A stretch of 64,000 nucleotides of DNA, from assembly GCA_963842925.1 (NCBI GenBank), contig CAWJIL010000017.1:178833-242832 (forward strand), written 5' to 3'. The position numbers and the translations under genes are program-made. The notes beneath the pieces were generated by a model that saw only the letters and a program-made list of their open reading frames with translations, searched no databases and had not been told where the DNA came from. Below, in pieces: positions 19,744-28,679 of the stretch; positions within the stretch are counted from its first letter, which is position 1, and each line of letters starts with the position of its first letter. The DNA comes from an uncultured delta proteobacterium (GTDB taxonomy: Bacteria > Desulfobacterota > Desulfobacteria > Desulfobacterales > B30-G6).

Positions 19744-19912
19744 TATATGGAGACAAGTCCAATTATCAAGTTTGATGAAATTATTGCCGATACCATATGG
19801 TTATGAGCAGCGTACCATGGAGGGACCTATGAATACAAGATTTGGTCGGTTGTGATTATGATCGCACACCGGTAAAATTTTAGGGGTCTGATATCTACCG
19901 TTTTGTTGGTGG
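19744..19912 (-). repeat. ~165-bp repeat, full copy R1 (gene-direction orientation on minus strand)
   Basis: Aligns end to end with the copies at 29581, 34262, 40641 and 49638. Its right end (..GGACTTGTCTCCATATA) abuts the intron 5' end at 19743. Confidence 0.85.
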
Positions 19913-19999
19913 TATCGGCAATTTTGATATTTAAGGATGGCCGCTTTCATTAACTTTACAAGTTCTCATAAGCACGATTTTGAAACCGTGCTAAACGGG

Positions 20000-20989
20000 T
20001 CATCCTTTCAGCAATGTAATCAATGTAACTTCACTCACGGTATTAAATCGGATGGGGAGGCCTACTGTACCACAACCCTGGCTAGTATAGCCTGTCATCT
20101 TCCTGTATCGCCACAAGCCTCGGTAATATTTTCTGCCATGTTTCAAATGGAGGATGATAGGATACCCTCCGGGTAGGCAAATTTGACCTCCATGTGTATG
20201 GCCACACAGATAAAGTCGATATCCGCTTTCTGCAGCGATATCATATAATGACGGCGTATGTACCAGGGCTATTTTAAATTCATCCGCTGTTTCCTCCAAG
20301 GCAGTAAGTGCTTGGTCTGTATAATAATAATAAGGGTCGTCGATTCCTGTAATCTGTATCCTATTATTGTCTCGGTTGAGAAATGTAGATTCATTGGCCA
20401 AAACTGTAAATCCCATGTTTTCTAATGGGACTGCCATTTGGTAAGTATCATGATTTCCCAGAGTAACGAAAATCCCGTCCTTTGCCCTAATCGTGGAAAT
20501 AATTTTTTCCATTGCTTCAAGCGGGCCTTTAATGCTTCCTCTGGTTTTTGCCCGATAATCTCCAGTCATGACACAGGCGTCATAGTGTAGGTTTTTAATA
20601 CTCTCGCAAATGATACTTACGTATCCTGATAAAAAATCCGCATGAAGATCGGATAAATGTAAAAATGTGTATCCGTGAAAAGCAGAAGGCAAATCGCTGA
20701 ATTGAATACTTTCCCTATTAATAACGATCCGAGTCGCATTATTAAAACCTGACTTATACAATCCGATGGTTTTTAAAAACACCCCGAAATATTTGATTAA
20801 TAATTCGAAAAGTGACCAATGACGCCTTCGTTTCTCACCATACCGCCGATATTTATAGATATCCGCTTCGAGAAGGGACCTTGTCAACAGCCATAATAGG
20901 CGCCTGTCGGTCTCAGCCTTAAGCCGCTGTATATTTCTGTCCGGCAGCGGAATTGAACATAAAGTTTTCTTCAAAATGGATTTTGGCAA
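20000..20989 (-). CDS. Metallophosphoesterase (calcineurin-like)
   Basis: Motifs LHLSDLHAD, GDY, GNHD, GHTHGGQ. TTG start per the track. Begins ~30 nt downstream of repeat R2. Confidence 0.85.
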   Translation of the reverse strand: MPKSILKKTLCSIPLPDRNIQRLKAETDRRLLWLLTRSLLEADIYKYRRYGEKRRRHWSLFELLIKYFGVFLKTIGLYKSGFNNATRIVINRESIQFSDLPSAFHGYTFLHLSDLHADFLSGYVSIICESIKNLHYDACVMTGDYRAKTRGSIKGPLEAMEKIISTIRAKDGIFVTLGNHDTYQMAVPLENMGFTVLANESTFLNRDNNRIQITGIDDPYYYYTDQALTALEETADEFKIALVHTPSLYDIAAESGYRLYLCGHTHGGQICLPGGYPIILHLKHGRKYYRGLWRYRKMTGYTSQGCGTVGLPIRFNTVSEVTLITLLKG

Positions 20990-21020
20990 GTTCTTCGCTC
21001 CCCAGCAGGAATAGTGCCAC

Positions 21021-21142
21021 TATGCGATAACAATGCCCACGGTAGCATGGCAGATGCGATGAATGCAAGATTTAGCCTGTTGTGATTATTTTCGCACACC
21101 GGTAATATTTTAGGGGTCTGATAACTGTGTTTTTGTTGGAGG
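21021..21142 (-). repeat. ~165-bp repeat, partial copy R2 (lacks outer right arm; centre variant 2)
   Basis: ..CCCACGGTAGCATGG..GAATGCAAGATTTAGCC..TTCGCACACCGGTAATATTTTAGGGGTCTGATAAC..GTTGGAGG aligns with R1 and R12. Confidence 0.75.
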
Positions 21143-21159
21143 TATTGCAGGCCAAAGAT

Positions 21160-21199
21160 TGGAAGAAAAAGGCAGGATTATATTGTAACATCCTGCCTT
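21160..21199 (-). terminator. Rho-independent terminator after the collagen-like gene
   Basis: 10-bp stem AAGGCAGGAT/ATCCTGCCTT with an 11-nt loop, followed on the minus strand by TTTTTCTTCC. Confidence 0.7.
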
Positions 21200-21324
21200 A
21201 ATCACTAGTTTCATCAAATTCATGCAATGAATCTTAAATTCTTATATTGTTTCAGTGGCACAATCCTTCAAACAGTCATCCAAATTAAAATTCTCATTTT
21301 GGGATTACTTATTTCCTGACTATA

Positions 21325-22191
21325 CTATTTGGTACAATCATCAGGACAGTTCAACTCTGTTTCACCACCCCAAGGTTCGCAATAGGCGTCGCCGCAAACG
21401 GTTGGTTGATCGACACATATGACGAAAAATTCTACTTGTAACTGATGGACAGTGCTCTCGCAATTAAACCGAAATGCCCATGATCGGTCCAGAACACCAT
21501 CGTCCCTGCCCGGCCATGGGTATGATCCTACCTCTATGCATGGATCGTTGTCTTCCCAAGATACTGTTTTCCAACCACCGCTAATCGCCAGATCGGCACC
21601 GTAACACGATACAATCTCTTCATAATTGGCAACTCCGGGAGCAATAGCTCTCCATAAATACTTGAAGTAGTATGCGCCAACTGCGTCCTGGCCAGGTGGT
21701 CCTTCCGGCCCCTCTGGCCCCGGCTCACCCTGCGGGCCTTGTTCACCTTGAGGGCCCGTGTCACCGGTATCACCTTTTAGACCAGGCTCACCAGGATCCC
21801 CCTTGTCACCTTTAGGACCGGCGTCACCCTGTAGTCCTTGAAGACCTTGTGGCCCCGTGTCCCCGGTATTGCCCTTATCACCTTGTGGCCCTTGCTCGCC
21901 TTGCGGCCCCGGCTCACCCTGAGGTCCTTGGCCACCCTGAGGTCCTACTGGACCTACTGGGCCAACTGGTCCTTCCGGACCAGGTAATAGCTGAATATTA
22001 TTAATAGCATCCCATACAGCGGGCAAACCACCCTGCATATTTGCAATCGCCGCTGCGTTCTTATCTGCCTTTGATTTGGTGCTTGAAACATCTGTCTGTA
22101 GCTCCTGAATGTCAGTATCATCAACAGCCCATACATTGCCGCATAAAAGGATAGACAATACCACAGCAATTAAAATGAATCCTATCTTCAT
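21325..22191 (-). CDS. Secreted collagen-like triple-helix repeat protein with Cys-rich C-terminal domain
   Basis: ATG at 22191 preceded by GGAGGAGGAG. Signal peptide [22 protein letters not shown]. About 33 uninterrupted G-X-Y triplets ([16 protein letters not shown]...GPPGQ), then a ~125-aa domain with 8 Cys. Confidence 0.85.
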   Translation of the reverse strand: MKIGFILIAVVLSILLCGNVWAVDDTDIQELQTDVSSTKSKADKNAAAIANMQGGLPAVWDAINNIQLLPGPEGPVGPVGPVGPQGGQGPQGEPGPQGEQGPQGDKGNTGDTGPQGLQGLQGDAGPKGDKGDPGEPGLKGDTGDTGPQGEQGPQGEPGPEGPEGPPGQDAVGAYYFKYLWRAIAPGVANYEEIVSCYGADLAISGGWKTVSWEDNDPCIEVGSYPWPGRDDGVLDRSWAFRFNCESTVHQLQVEFFVICVDQPTVCGDAYCEPWGGETELNCPDDCTK

Positions 22192-22869
22192 ACTCCTCCT
22201 CCTTTTCTGTTGAATGAATAACAAAATAGGTAAAGCATGCGTTGGGAGCTATCATAACTGCATGAAATATCAGCATCAGATCAGCAGGTGTCGGCCAGGT
22301 TCAGGTGGTACAGAATAGCTTTATCTTTAAATAGCACGCAAGAATCATGCGGAAATGTCGGATGCAAAAAAAAGTTATTATTATAGATAGTTAGACTTTA
22401 TAGTTGACTTGTAAGAAGGTAAAATGAGAAGTCAATGTTATAATTATTGGGTAGATAAGGTTAGAATCTCTGTGCTTTATCGCCAGAACCTTTGATGTAT
22501 GATTAGAGTTTTATCCATTGTCCGAGATTTGGCAATGATAATGTTAAAAAGATTTTGACTATTTTACAACGGGATTTTCAAGATAGGGTATGCAGGAAGG
22601 ATAATTGATAAAGCTCATATGTACGAAGCCGTGTAGCAACGGTATTGCACGATAGATCTATATGGGTATTGTATTTCAATCTGGTATGATGGAACCTGGA
22701 CAAATTGCCAGTTCGGGATATTTCAAAGGCATGATCTGTGCTGAGCCAGAACGCACATTGTGCCATATTAACCTCAAAGCCTTCTACTATGCCGCCATCT
22801 ATGGATTCTGTACTGAACCAGGGCGTACCTCTCCTATTGTTTTGTAGCTTCAGATATCGATTTGTCCGG

Positions 22870-24084
22870 TCAACCCAATAAACAAGCAAGTTGGGTCTGT
22901 GGTCCTGCCCGGCCTTTTGGGATGTCGGCAAAAAACTGCATTTTCCCTTCGGTACAGCAAGGACAAACAGTGATATCTGTCCCCGTCAGCTGAAGCATTA
23001 TTTCCTCAAGGGTAGCTGCTTCATTCTCATCGAGAGAAGACACTCCCATCAATTGCCTGATGGTGTTTAAGTTATCATTTCGATTGCGGTTGGCTAAAAA
23101 GCCGTAATGCCGGATTCTGACAAAGCCGTTTGGGAGACTGTGTAAAAGGAACCTTCGGATAAACTCCATCGCTGTGATGGTGATTATTTCCGTTATTTTT
23201 TTCTTTCGGTTCTTGGCGGTAAAGGAGACCATACCGTTTTCAAGTCTTTTAATGCGGCTGTTGGCAATGGCCACCCGATGGGTATAACGTGCCAGGTATT
23301 CAAGCACATGTTCCGGGCGTTTGACTGGTTCACGCACGCTGACCACCCAGTTTTTGGCATACAGCTTGTTTTTGAAGTCGCCAAAGGATCTGCCGGCAAA
23401 TTTGAGCGAGCCGGTTTTACGGGCATGCTTAATACGTTCCATAAACTTGCCGCGAAAGACCTGTGATAATGCCTCTTCGTTGAAGAGATAATCGTTTTTT
23501 ACCGGAAGCCACTCCTTTTTGTTCCCGAGCAGAACACCACCGGCTACCAAACAATGCAAATGAAAATGAGCTTTGAGCTTTTGATCCCAGGTGTGTAAAA
23601 CAGCCAAAAATCCTAATTTGCCGTTGAGTTCGTTGTTGCCAAAGGTCAGAAGGGTTCTGGATGCAGCAGCAAAAAGGATGTTGAACATCACCTTTTTGTT
23701 GTTTAAGATGACGGTGTTCAACTCATGCGGCACGGTAAAAACCACATGGAAGTAACTGACCGGCAAGATCTCGTTTTTTCGTTTTTCCAACCATCTTTCG
23801 CGTGGCATATGCTGGCATTTGGGGCAGTGGCGATTACGGCAGGAATGATACGTGATGCGCACAGCTCCACAATTGTCACAGCGTTCGATATGGCCACCCA
23901 GACGGGCGGTGCGGCAGTTCAAAAGGTCGGTTGCGATTTTACGATGTTCCGGCCATAAAGGATATTCGGCTTTATAGTCATTAAGATGATGACGCAGAAT
24001 GTCGGCGACCTCCGGGGTTTTATGATCAGGTTTTATGATTTGGGTCATCGTTTCTGTCCTCCTTTCCTGCATGTTTTTGGTCAA
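22870..24084 (-). CDS. IS91 family transposase (Zn-binding N-terminal domain + Y2 HUH domain)
   Basis: CRTARLGGHIERCDNCG..HSCRNRHCPKCQ zinc-binding domain. HFHLHCLV (HUH-like). C-terminal RYTHRVAIANSR and CPCC. Confidence 0.85.
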   Translation of the reverse strand: MTKNMQERRTETMTQIIKPDHKTPEVADILRHHLNDYKAEYPLWPEHRKIATDLLNCRTARLGGHIERCDNCGAVRITYHSCRNRHCPKCQHMPRERWLEKRKNEILPVSYFHVVFTVPHELNTVILNNKKVMFNILFAAASRTLLTFGNNELNGKLGFLAVLHTWDQKLKAHFHLHCLVAGGVLLGNKKEWLPVKNDYLFNEEALSQVFRGKFMERIKHARKTGSLKFAGRSFGDFKNKLYAKNWVVSVREPVKRPEHVLEYLARYTHRVAIANSRIKRLENGMVSFTAKNRKKKITEIITITAMEFIRRFLLHSLPNGFVRIRHYGFLANRNRNDNLNTIRQLMGVSSLDENEAATLEEIMLQLTGTDITVCPCCTEGKMQFFADIPKGRAGPQTQLACLLG

Positions 24085-24916
24085 TGAGATCCAAAGGACT
24101 TGGGATCGTTGACAGAGTTTGGCGGCTCACATGCAGATAAATCATGGTGGTGGTCAGTCTCGTATGGCCCATTAAAACCTGTATTTTCCGGATGTCGTAT
24201 CCAGCCTCCAGGAGGTGTGTGGCGAAGCTGTGACGCAATGTGTGGACACCCGAGCCCCTTTTTACTCCTGCCTTCATTCTGGCCTCTTCGTATACCGAAC
24301 GGATAGACTCGTATGACAAGGGTTTATCTTTCTTTTTTCCGAATGAAGATGGGAACAGGTAGGTGTCGGGACGATATTTACGATAATAGATTCTCAGTTC
24401 GCCAAGCAGTCTTTTTGAGAGCAGTGTATAGCGATCCTTTTTGCCTTTACCATCTTCGACTTTGATCAGCATGGCCTTGCTGTCGATGTTTTCTGATTTG
24501 AGTTTAAGGGTTTCGCTGGCCCTGAGTCCTGCCGAGTAAGTGGTCATCAGAATCATTTTGTGTTTGAGGTTGTTGGTAGCGTGGATGATATCCCAGATAT
24601 CTTCCATGGGCAGGACTTGTGGGAGTTTTCTCGGCTTTCTCGTGAGGCTGTAGGTTATGGATATCTCCTTTTCAGCAACATTTTTGTAAAAGAATCGAAG
24701 TCCGCTAAGAACTGCGCAGCAGCTGTTGGGAGCATTACCCTTGTCAAGCTTGAGATAGAGAAGGTAATCCTCGATTTTTTCTTTGGTGAGGTTATCCGGT
24801 GCCTGGTTATAGAACTTGGCAATCCCTTTGACAGCGGCGAGATAGGACCTCTTTGTGTGCTTGGAAAGATTTTTAAGTTCCATAATCCTGATCATTTTTT
24901 GACGTAGTTCTGCCAT
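24026..24916 (-). CDS. Tyrosine site-specific recombinase (phage integrase family)
   Basis: Catalytic-type residues in LRASE, HTLRHSFATHLL and GHTRLTTTMIYLH. Overlaps the transposase start by 59 nt. Confidence 0.85.
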   Translation of the reverse strand: MAELRQKMIRIMELKNLSKHTKRSYLAAVKGIAKFYNQAPDNLTKEKIEDYLLYLKLDKGNAPNSCCAVLSGLRFFYKNVAEKEISITYSLTRKPRKLPQVLPMEDIWDIIHATNNLKHKMILMTTYSAGLRASETLKLKSENIDSKAMLIKVEDGKGKKDRYTLLSKRLLGELRIYYRKYRPDTYLFPSSFGKKKDKPLSYESIRSVYEEARMKAGVKRGSGVHTLRHSFATHLLEAGYDIRKIQVLMGHTRLTTTMIYLHVSRQTLSTIPSPLDLIDQKHAGKEDRNDDPNHKT

Positions 24917-25057
24917 GTCATACCTCCTTTGTTGTGGGTTATTAACGTCTCGGAGGTATTTTATACGATCAGGAGAAAAGAAACGATCGATAACGTAGGT
25001 AGGGTTTATTGATTAAAACCTTGGGGTGGGAAAGCTACCGCGGAGCGGTTTCGTACG

Positions 25058-25100
25058 TATGGAGATAATCACTGTCTTGATCGAATTACAGATACCATAA
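25058..25100 (-). repeat. ~165-bp repeat, right-arm-only fragment R3
   Basis: TATGGAGATAATCACTGTCTTGATCGAATTACAGATACCATAA aligns with the start (plus-strand reading) of R7 and R1. Lies ~140 nt upstream of the recombinase start. Confidence 0.5.
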
Positions 25101-25180
25101 TTTGTGACTGTCGAATCAAGTAAATCTTTTGTTGAGGGTTTGAAAAGTCATCTTCATCTTTTGACAGTTCCTAAAACAAT

Positions 25181-25501
25181 CTACGAACCATCAAGGAAAT
25201 CCAGTATCTCCTGTTCGTTTATATTCAATTTCTTCTGCTTAGCCCGATACTCTCTGCCGTCTGCAGTTCGATCCAAATACCCCCGATCAAACAGCTCCCG
25301 CCTTATTAGGGCGAAATCCCCGAATTCGATCATACTGTCGATGGCTTCGCTAATTTCTTTACTGGTATAGGTACGGTCCTGATCAAGCTTGCTCCAGATG
25401 TAGATAAGAGCCATTTGTTTCAGCAGAGATTTACTTGGCCACTGCTTTATGGTTCTGTTCTCAGATATAACGTTTTTAAACCGTTTCATGTCTTTAGTCA
25501 T
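25181..25501 (-). CDS. DUF2087-like protein
   Basis: From the ATG at 25501 (MTKDMKRF..). ..IKQWPSK..YTSKEISEAI..FALIRRELFDRGYLDR..DGREY matches my recollection of DUF2087. The upstream part of track ORF 25181..25564 reads through repeat R4. Confidence 0.55.
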   Translation of the reverse strand: MTKDMKRFKNVISENRTIKQWPSKSLLKQMALIYIWSKLDQDRTYTSKEISEAIDSMIEFGDFALIRRELFDRGYLDRTADGREYRAKQKKLNINEQEILDFLDGS

Positions 25502-25510
25502 TTCCACGGC

Positions 25511-25608
25511 ACCATGGAGAGGTTTATAGATGCAAGATTTCGCCTGTGGTAATAATTTTCGCATACCGATAGTTTTTCAGGAACCTGATATCTACCGTTT
25601 TGTTGGAT
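25511..25608 (-). repeat. ~165-bp repeat, partial copy R4 (left and centre parts)
   Basis: ACCATGGAGAGGTTTATAGATGCAAGATTTCGCC..CTGATATCTACCGTTTTGTTGGAT aligns with R1. Confidence 0.7.
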
Positions 25609-25677
25609 ATGTCATCACATCAATAGCGCCTTTTTTCAGAGGTCTCAGGAGTCATACGTAAAACGTTGAAACTATAT

Positions 25678-26766
25678 TTACCAGGTGAAATGGAAAAAAT
25701 CTCTTGTTGGATAAGAAGGTCCATATCCAAGAGCCCTATCTAATTCTAAGATAGTACTGTATGGCCCACTCATATTATTTGAATCTCTCATATTTACGGC
25801 TAATAAATATGACCCCTCATCAAGTTTTAGACCAAGGCCAATATGACATGTATTACCACGTTCAACAATGCGACCAAAAACTTCATATCCGGCTTTGGAT
25901 AGAACTATTCGACCAAAATTAGCAAGGTCATCGCAATCCCCATAACCTTCCTTAATGATACTACGACCAGATCTATGGTATGTAGGAATTCTATGATAAT
26001 ACTTGATATTATGGTTAATGTAAAAATCTAACAATTTCGGATCGTTAAGTCTTTCAACTATTTCATTATAGTTACTCCACCTTGTTGGATGTTTTTGTGG
26101 TGTTAAAAGATTCTCTTCTATTATTTTTTCTGCTTTTTTTGAGAATGATAATCTTTTAATCCTTTTGCTTCTTTCGTAATTTGCTGCCAAGCTTGCTTGT
26201 ATATGGTGAAAAGCAATTCCTTTTTCGATATCATCTAAAAACAATTTTTTGATATCTTCATTTTCAATTCCATCTATAACTTCCCTTATTTGAGTATCAG
26301 ATAAGAGCCTTTGCGCAAAAGGGCCAGTATTCCAAGCTTTCTTAAGCAGCTTTCTTAGAGAGTAATCTGATAATAAATTATCAGAAATATTTATTTCGTT
26401 GTCTTCAGCCAACCAATACAATGCCTGTAAAGGTGAACAGTATTTCCTATATTCAGGTAATCCAACCTTGTACATCTCATTAAATACATTCACAAAATTA
26501 GCTGGATCACTTTTATACAGTTCAACGATATCGCTAAGGGCAGACATTTCTGATTCTGATACACCATCTTGAAGTTCTGGTAGCTTCCCCAATTCGTTAA
26601 CAAGTAATGGGTTTGTCTGTGCTAATTCGTTTAATACGGCTGGGTATGTGTTGCCTGTATAAGGGTCATTCGGTTTGGTTGGACCAACAGCACATCCTGA
26701 AATATTTAATGGAAGAATTAACAAAATGATAAACCTTAAGAGGTGCCAAAAACTTGCTGTGTTCAA
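25678..26766 (-). CDS. Lipoprotein, hypothetical; C-terminal transglutaminase-like Cys motif
   Basis: Lipobox LNISGC. ..GYGDCDDLANFGRIVLSKAGY.. resembles the Cys core of transglutaminase-like peptidases. TTG start per the track. Confidence 0.6.
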   Translation of the reverse strand: MNTASFWHLLRFIILLILPLNISGCAVGPTKPNDPYTGNTYPAVLNELAQTNPLLVNELGKLPELQDGVSESEMSALSDIVELYKSDPANFVNVFNEMYKVGLPEYRKYCSPLQALYWLAEDNEINISDNLLSDYSLRKLLKKAWNTGPFAQRLLSDTQIREVIDGIENEDIKKLFLDDIEKGIAFHHIQASLAANYERSKRIKRLSFSKKAEKIIEENLLTPQKHPTRWSNYNEIVERLNDPKLLDFYINHNIKYYHRIPTYHRSGRSIIKEGYGDCDDLANFGRIVLSKAGYEVFGRIVERGNTCHIGLGLKLDEGSYLLAVNMRDSNNMSGPYSTILELDRALGYGPSYPTRDFFHFTW

Positions 26767-26822
26767 CCCGCTTTCTCCTATGAATTAAATCCTTCCATTT
26801 CAGCATAATCAGGTATTATTGA

Positions 26823-27320
26823 ATACCGGGTAGCCGGGGGCCATTGCTGGCCCCAAGCCCCCTAAGGTAGGGTCGAGAACTGGCGCGGTGCCTTATGGGT
26901 CCGTTTCCAGTTCCCGCCTCGTCAAACGCAGCATGCGGATTTCCCGCACTACGCTTACTCTGTTAACTTAATCTGAGGAGTTATGTGGCCTATCAAACTG
27001 GCAGCGCTTTCGACCCTATTCGAGCCTACTCCACCTGTTCCAACCGAATCAGTCTTCACCTTCAGGTATATCTTCCTTCTCAGGTCTTGCAGAATGATGG
27101 ACGATTTTATCATTTCGTCCCCGCCTCCCAGTGTTGTCGGAAGATTGTTAACAGCAGGGTCGCACAGGCGAACTTCAGCGCATTGTCAGGAAGGCTTCAT
27201 ACCCGTCAAGGATGCACCTTGAGCGCATGCTTCCATAGGATTGCAGCGACGGGACACTGAGTTCAGACAAAGGCGAACTGCCTTCGCTGAACAGTCAAAA
27301 TACGCGACTTCGTGTCGCAA
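26823..27320 (-). mobile_element. ORF-less group II intron-like element (type C, ~498 nt)
   Basis: Minus strand begins UUGCGACACGAAGUCGCG (terminal hairpin as in type A). Domain V at 26924-26956: AAGCGUAGUGCGGGAAAUCCGCAUGCUGCGUUU, with AGC triad and a 2-nt bulge. Domain VI GGGGGCUUGGGGCC..GGCCCCCGGCUACCCGGUAU has a bulged A. The ORFs the track places here are not coding. Ends uncertain by ~10 nt. Confidence 0.65.
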
Positions 27321-27328
27321 CTGTGATG

Positions 27329-27420
27329 TATGGAGACAATGTCAGGTTTCAGGCCCATCAAAAAACCTGCGATACCATGAAAATCAACGGTCTTTCCCGC
27401 CACGATCACCATTACCGATA
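27329..27420 (-). repeat. ~165-bp repeat, diverged partial copy R5 (right part)
   Basis: Right end ..GACATTGTCTCCATA plus 8 nt (CATCACAG) abuts the 5' end of the ORF-less intron, the same junction as at 49805/49814. Confidence 0.55.
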
Positions 27421-27583
27421 TCCTATTTCTTACAAAAATGCAAAAAAGGGAAATCAATGAATATGATACCCCTATGATTAACAGAATCTTTCACAACTTG
27501 TAATTGGTTCTGTTTACATTTTGATTTCACCTTGCTTGTTTATTTTGATTTTGAGATTGCAATCTATTCATTATCACAGCCTT

Positions 27584-28408
27584 TTAGAAACCGACGAAGG
27601 CATAAAACAGCGGTCCTGGAAGGTCAACGTCGTACGTTTCCTTCTTATGACCGGGTTCATACTCTATATCTGCTGTGATATACCTGTATCCTGCCCCGAG
27701 TCCAGCGTATCGAAACGGCCAGTATTCAACTACGGCCGTATAAAAGAACAATGATCCACTCCAGTCACCGTAATTCAAGCTCATCCCCCCGGCTTCACCT
27801 CTTACGATAAGCCTATCCGTGAAAGAATAGGCACCCATTACATAAAGATTTGGAAGCGGTGCCAACAGATCTGCTTCGCCGGTCCCCAGATCTGCTTTTA
27901 AGGGACCCGCGTAGGCCTGACCGGAGACTTCTATGTCGAGATCGGCGGCATGTACTCCAACTCCCACTCCCAGTTTGACTCGTTCGGTGCGAATAAATTT
28001 GTAGGACAGATTGGCTACATATATATCTATGTCAATATTGGATTTAATACTAGCACCGGCAGAAAATTTGATATCATCGAAGTAGAATTCATAATCTGCC
28101 GTCGACTTAGCATTGTCGTGGTACCCAAAATAATCAAAACGCAGGGTCCATCTTCTTCCAAAATTAATAACCGCTCCTATGACGGGGCTAGCCGCATTTT
28201 CATCAAGCCCAAGATCATTCAGGCCAACCGTAATATCTGGGTATTCATCCTTGACATAACCGAACTCACCATCGGCCTGGTAAACTTGGATTCCACCATA
28301 AAAAATAATGCTTTTGTCCAGCACGTTTTTGGAAGCTTTCTCATCTGCCCATGCGCTCGTAAAGCACAGCCAGAGAACAATTATCATGGCAATGCCGATT
28401 GCTTTCAT
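27584..28408 (-). CDS. Outer-membrane beta-barrel protein, family unknown
   Basis: Signal peptide MKAIGIAMIIVLWLCFTSAWA. Alternating aromatic/Gly beta-strand pattern. C-terminal ..FYAFVGF. Confidence 0.75.
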   Translation of the reverse strand: MKAIGIAMIIVLWLCFTSAWADEKASKNVLDKSIIFYGGIQVYQADGEFGYVKDEYPDITVGLNDLGLDENAASPVIGAVINFGRRWTLRFDYFGYHDNAKSTADYEFYFDDIKFSAGASIKSNIDIDIYVANLSYKFIRTERVKLGVGVGVHAADLDIEVSGQAYAGPLKADLGTGEADLLAPLPNLYVMGAYSFTDRLIVRGEAGGMSLNYGDWSGSLFFYTAVVEYWPFRYAGLGAGYRYITADIEYEPGHKKETYDVDLPGPLFYAFVGF

Positions 28409-28563
28409 TCCGCTGGCCTCCAAACCGGCAATATTCTGCCGTATGTTTTGTTAATAGAAGCAATTAGAGCGTGATTATATGAAAATATGCTCGTAAAAAG
28501 TTGGAACACCATTTATCTGCCATATCAGCGTATGATATTTGGCTTCACACTCCGAAACAATCT

Positions 28564-28598
28564 TACTGATCAATAGATACCCCCGGGAATGCCCGGGG
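28564..28598. repeat. Short repeat: TACTGATCAATAG followed by a GC hairpin, copy 2
   Basis: TACTGATCAATAGATACCCCCGGGAATGCCCGGGG. Compare 16129-16172. Confidence 0.6.
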
Positions 28599-28679
28599 TC
28601 TTAAACATATTACAACTTCAGTTGAAGCTGACCTAAATCCTGGCGCCCTTGATGTTCAACGCAATTCTTTATCGTTTCT

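Larger units (their letters stand above)
22870..24916 (-). mobile_element. IS91-family-type unit (tyrosine recombinase + Y2/HUH transposase); true ends not determined
   Basis: Two overlapping genes, a pairing characteristic of a subgroup of IS91-family elements. Flanking ori/ter ends could not be recognised by eye. Confidence 0.6.

Noticed and set aside
22578-22931. 117-aa ORF downstream of, and overlapping, the IS91 transposase stop
   Set aside because: No RBS or motif is visible. It probably lies in the non-coding end region of the IS. Left unannotated, though a small accessory ORF cannot be excluded.
26983-27260. Track ORFs 26983..27222 and 26985..27260 (and 49844..50059) as a conserved protein family
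   Set aside because: They are conserved only because they translate two copies of an ORF-less group II intron RNA. They lack RBSs, and their frames overlap structured RNA domains.
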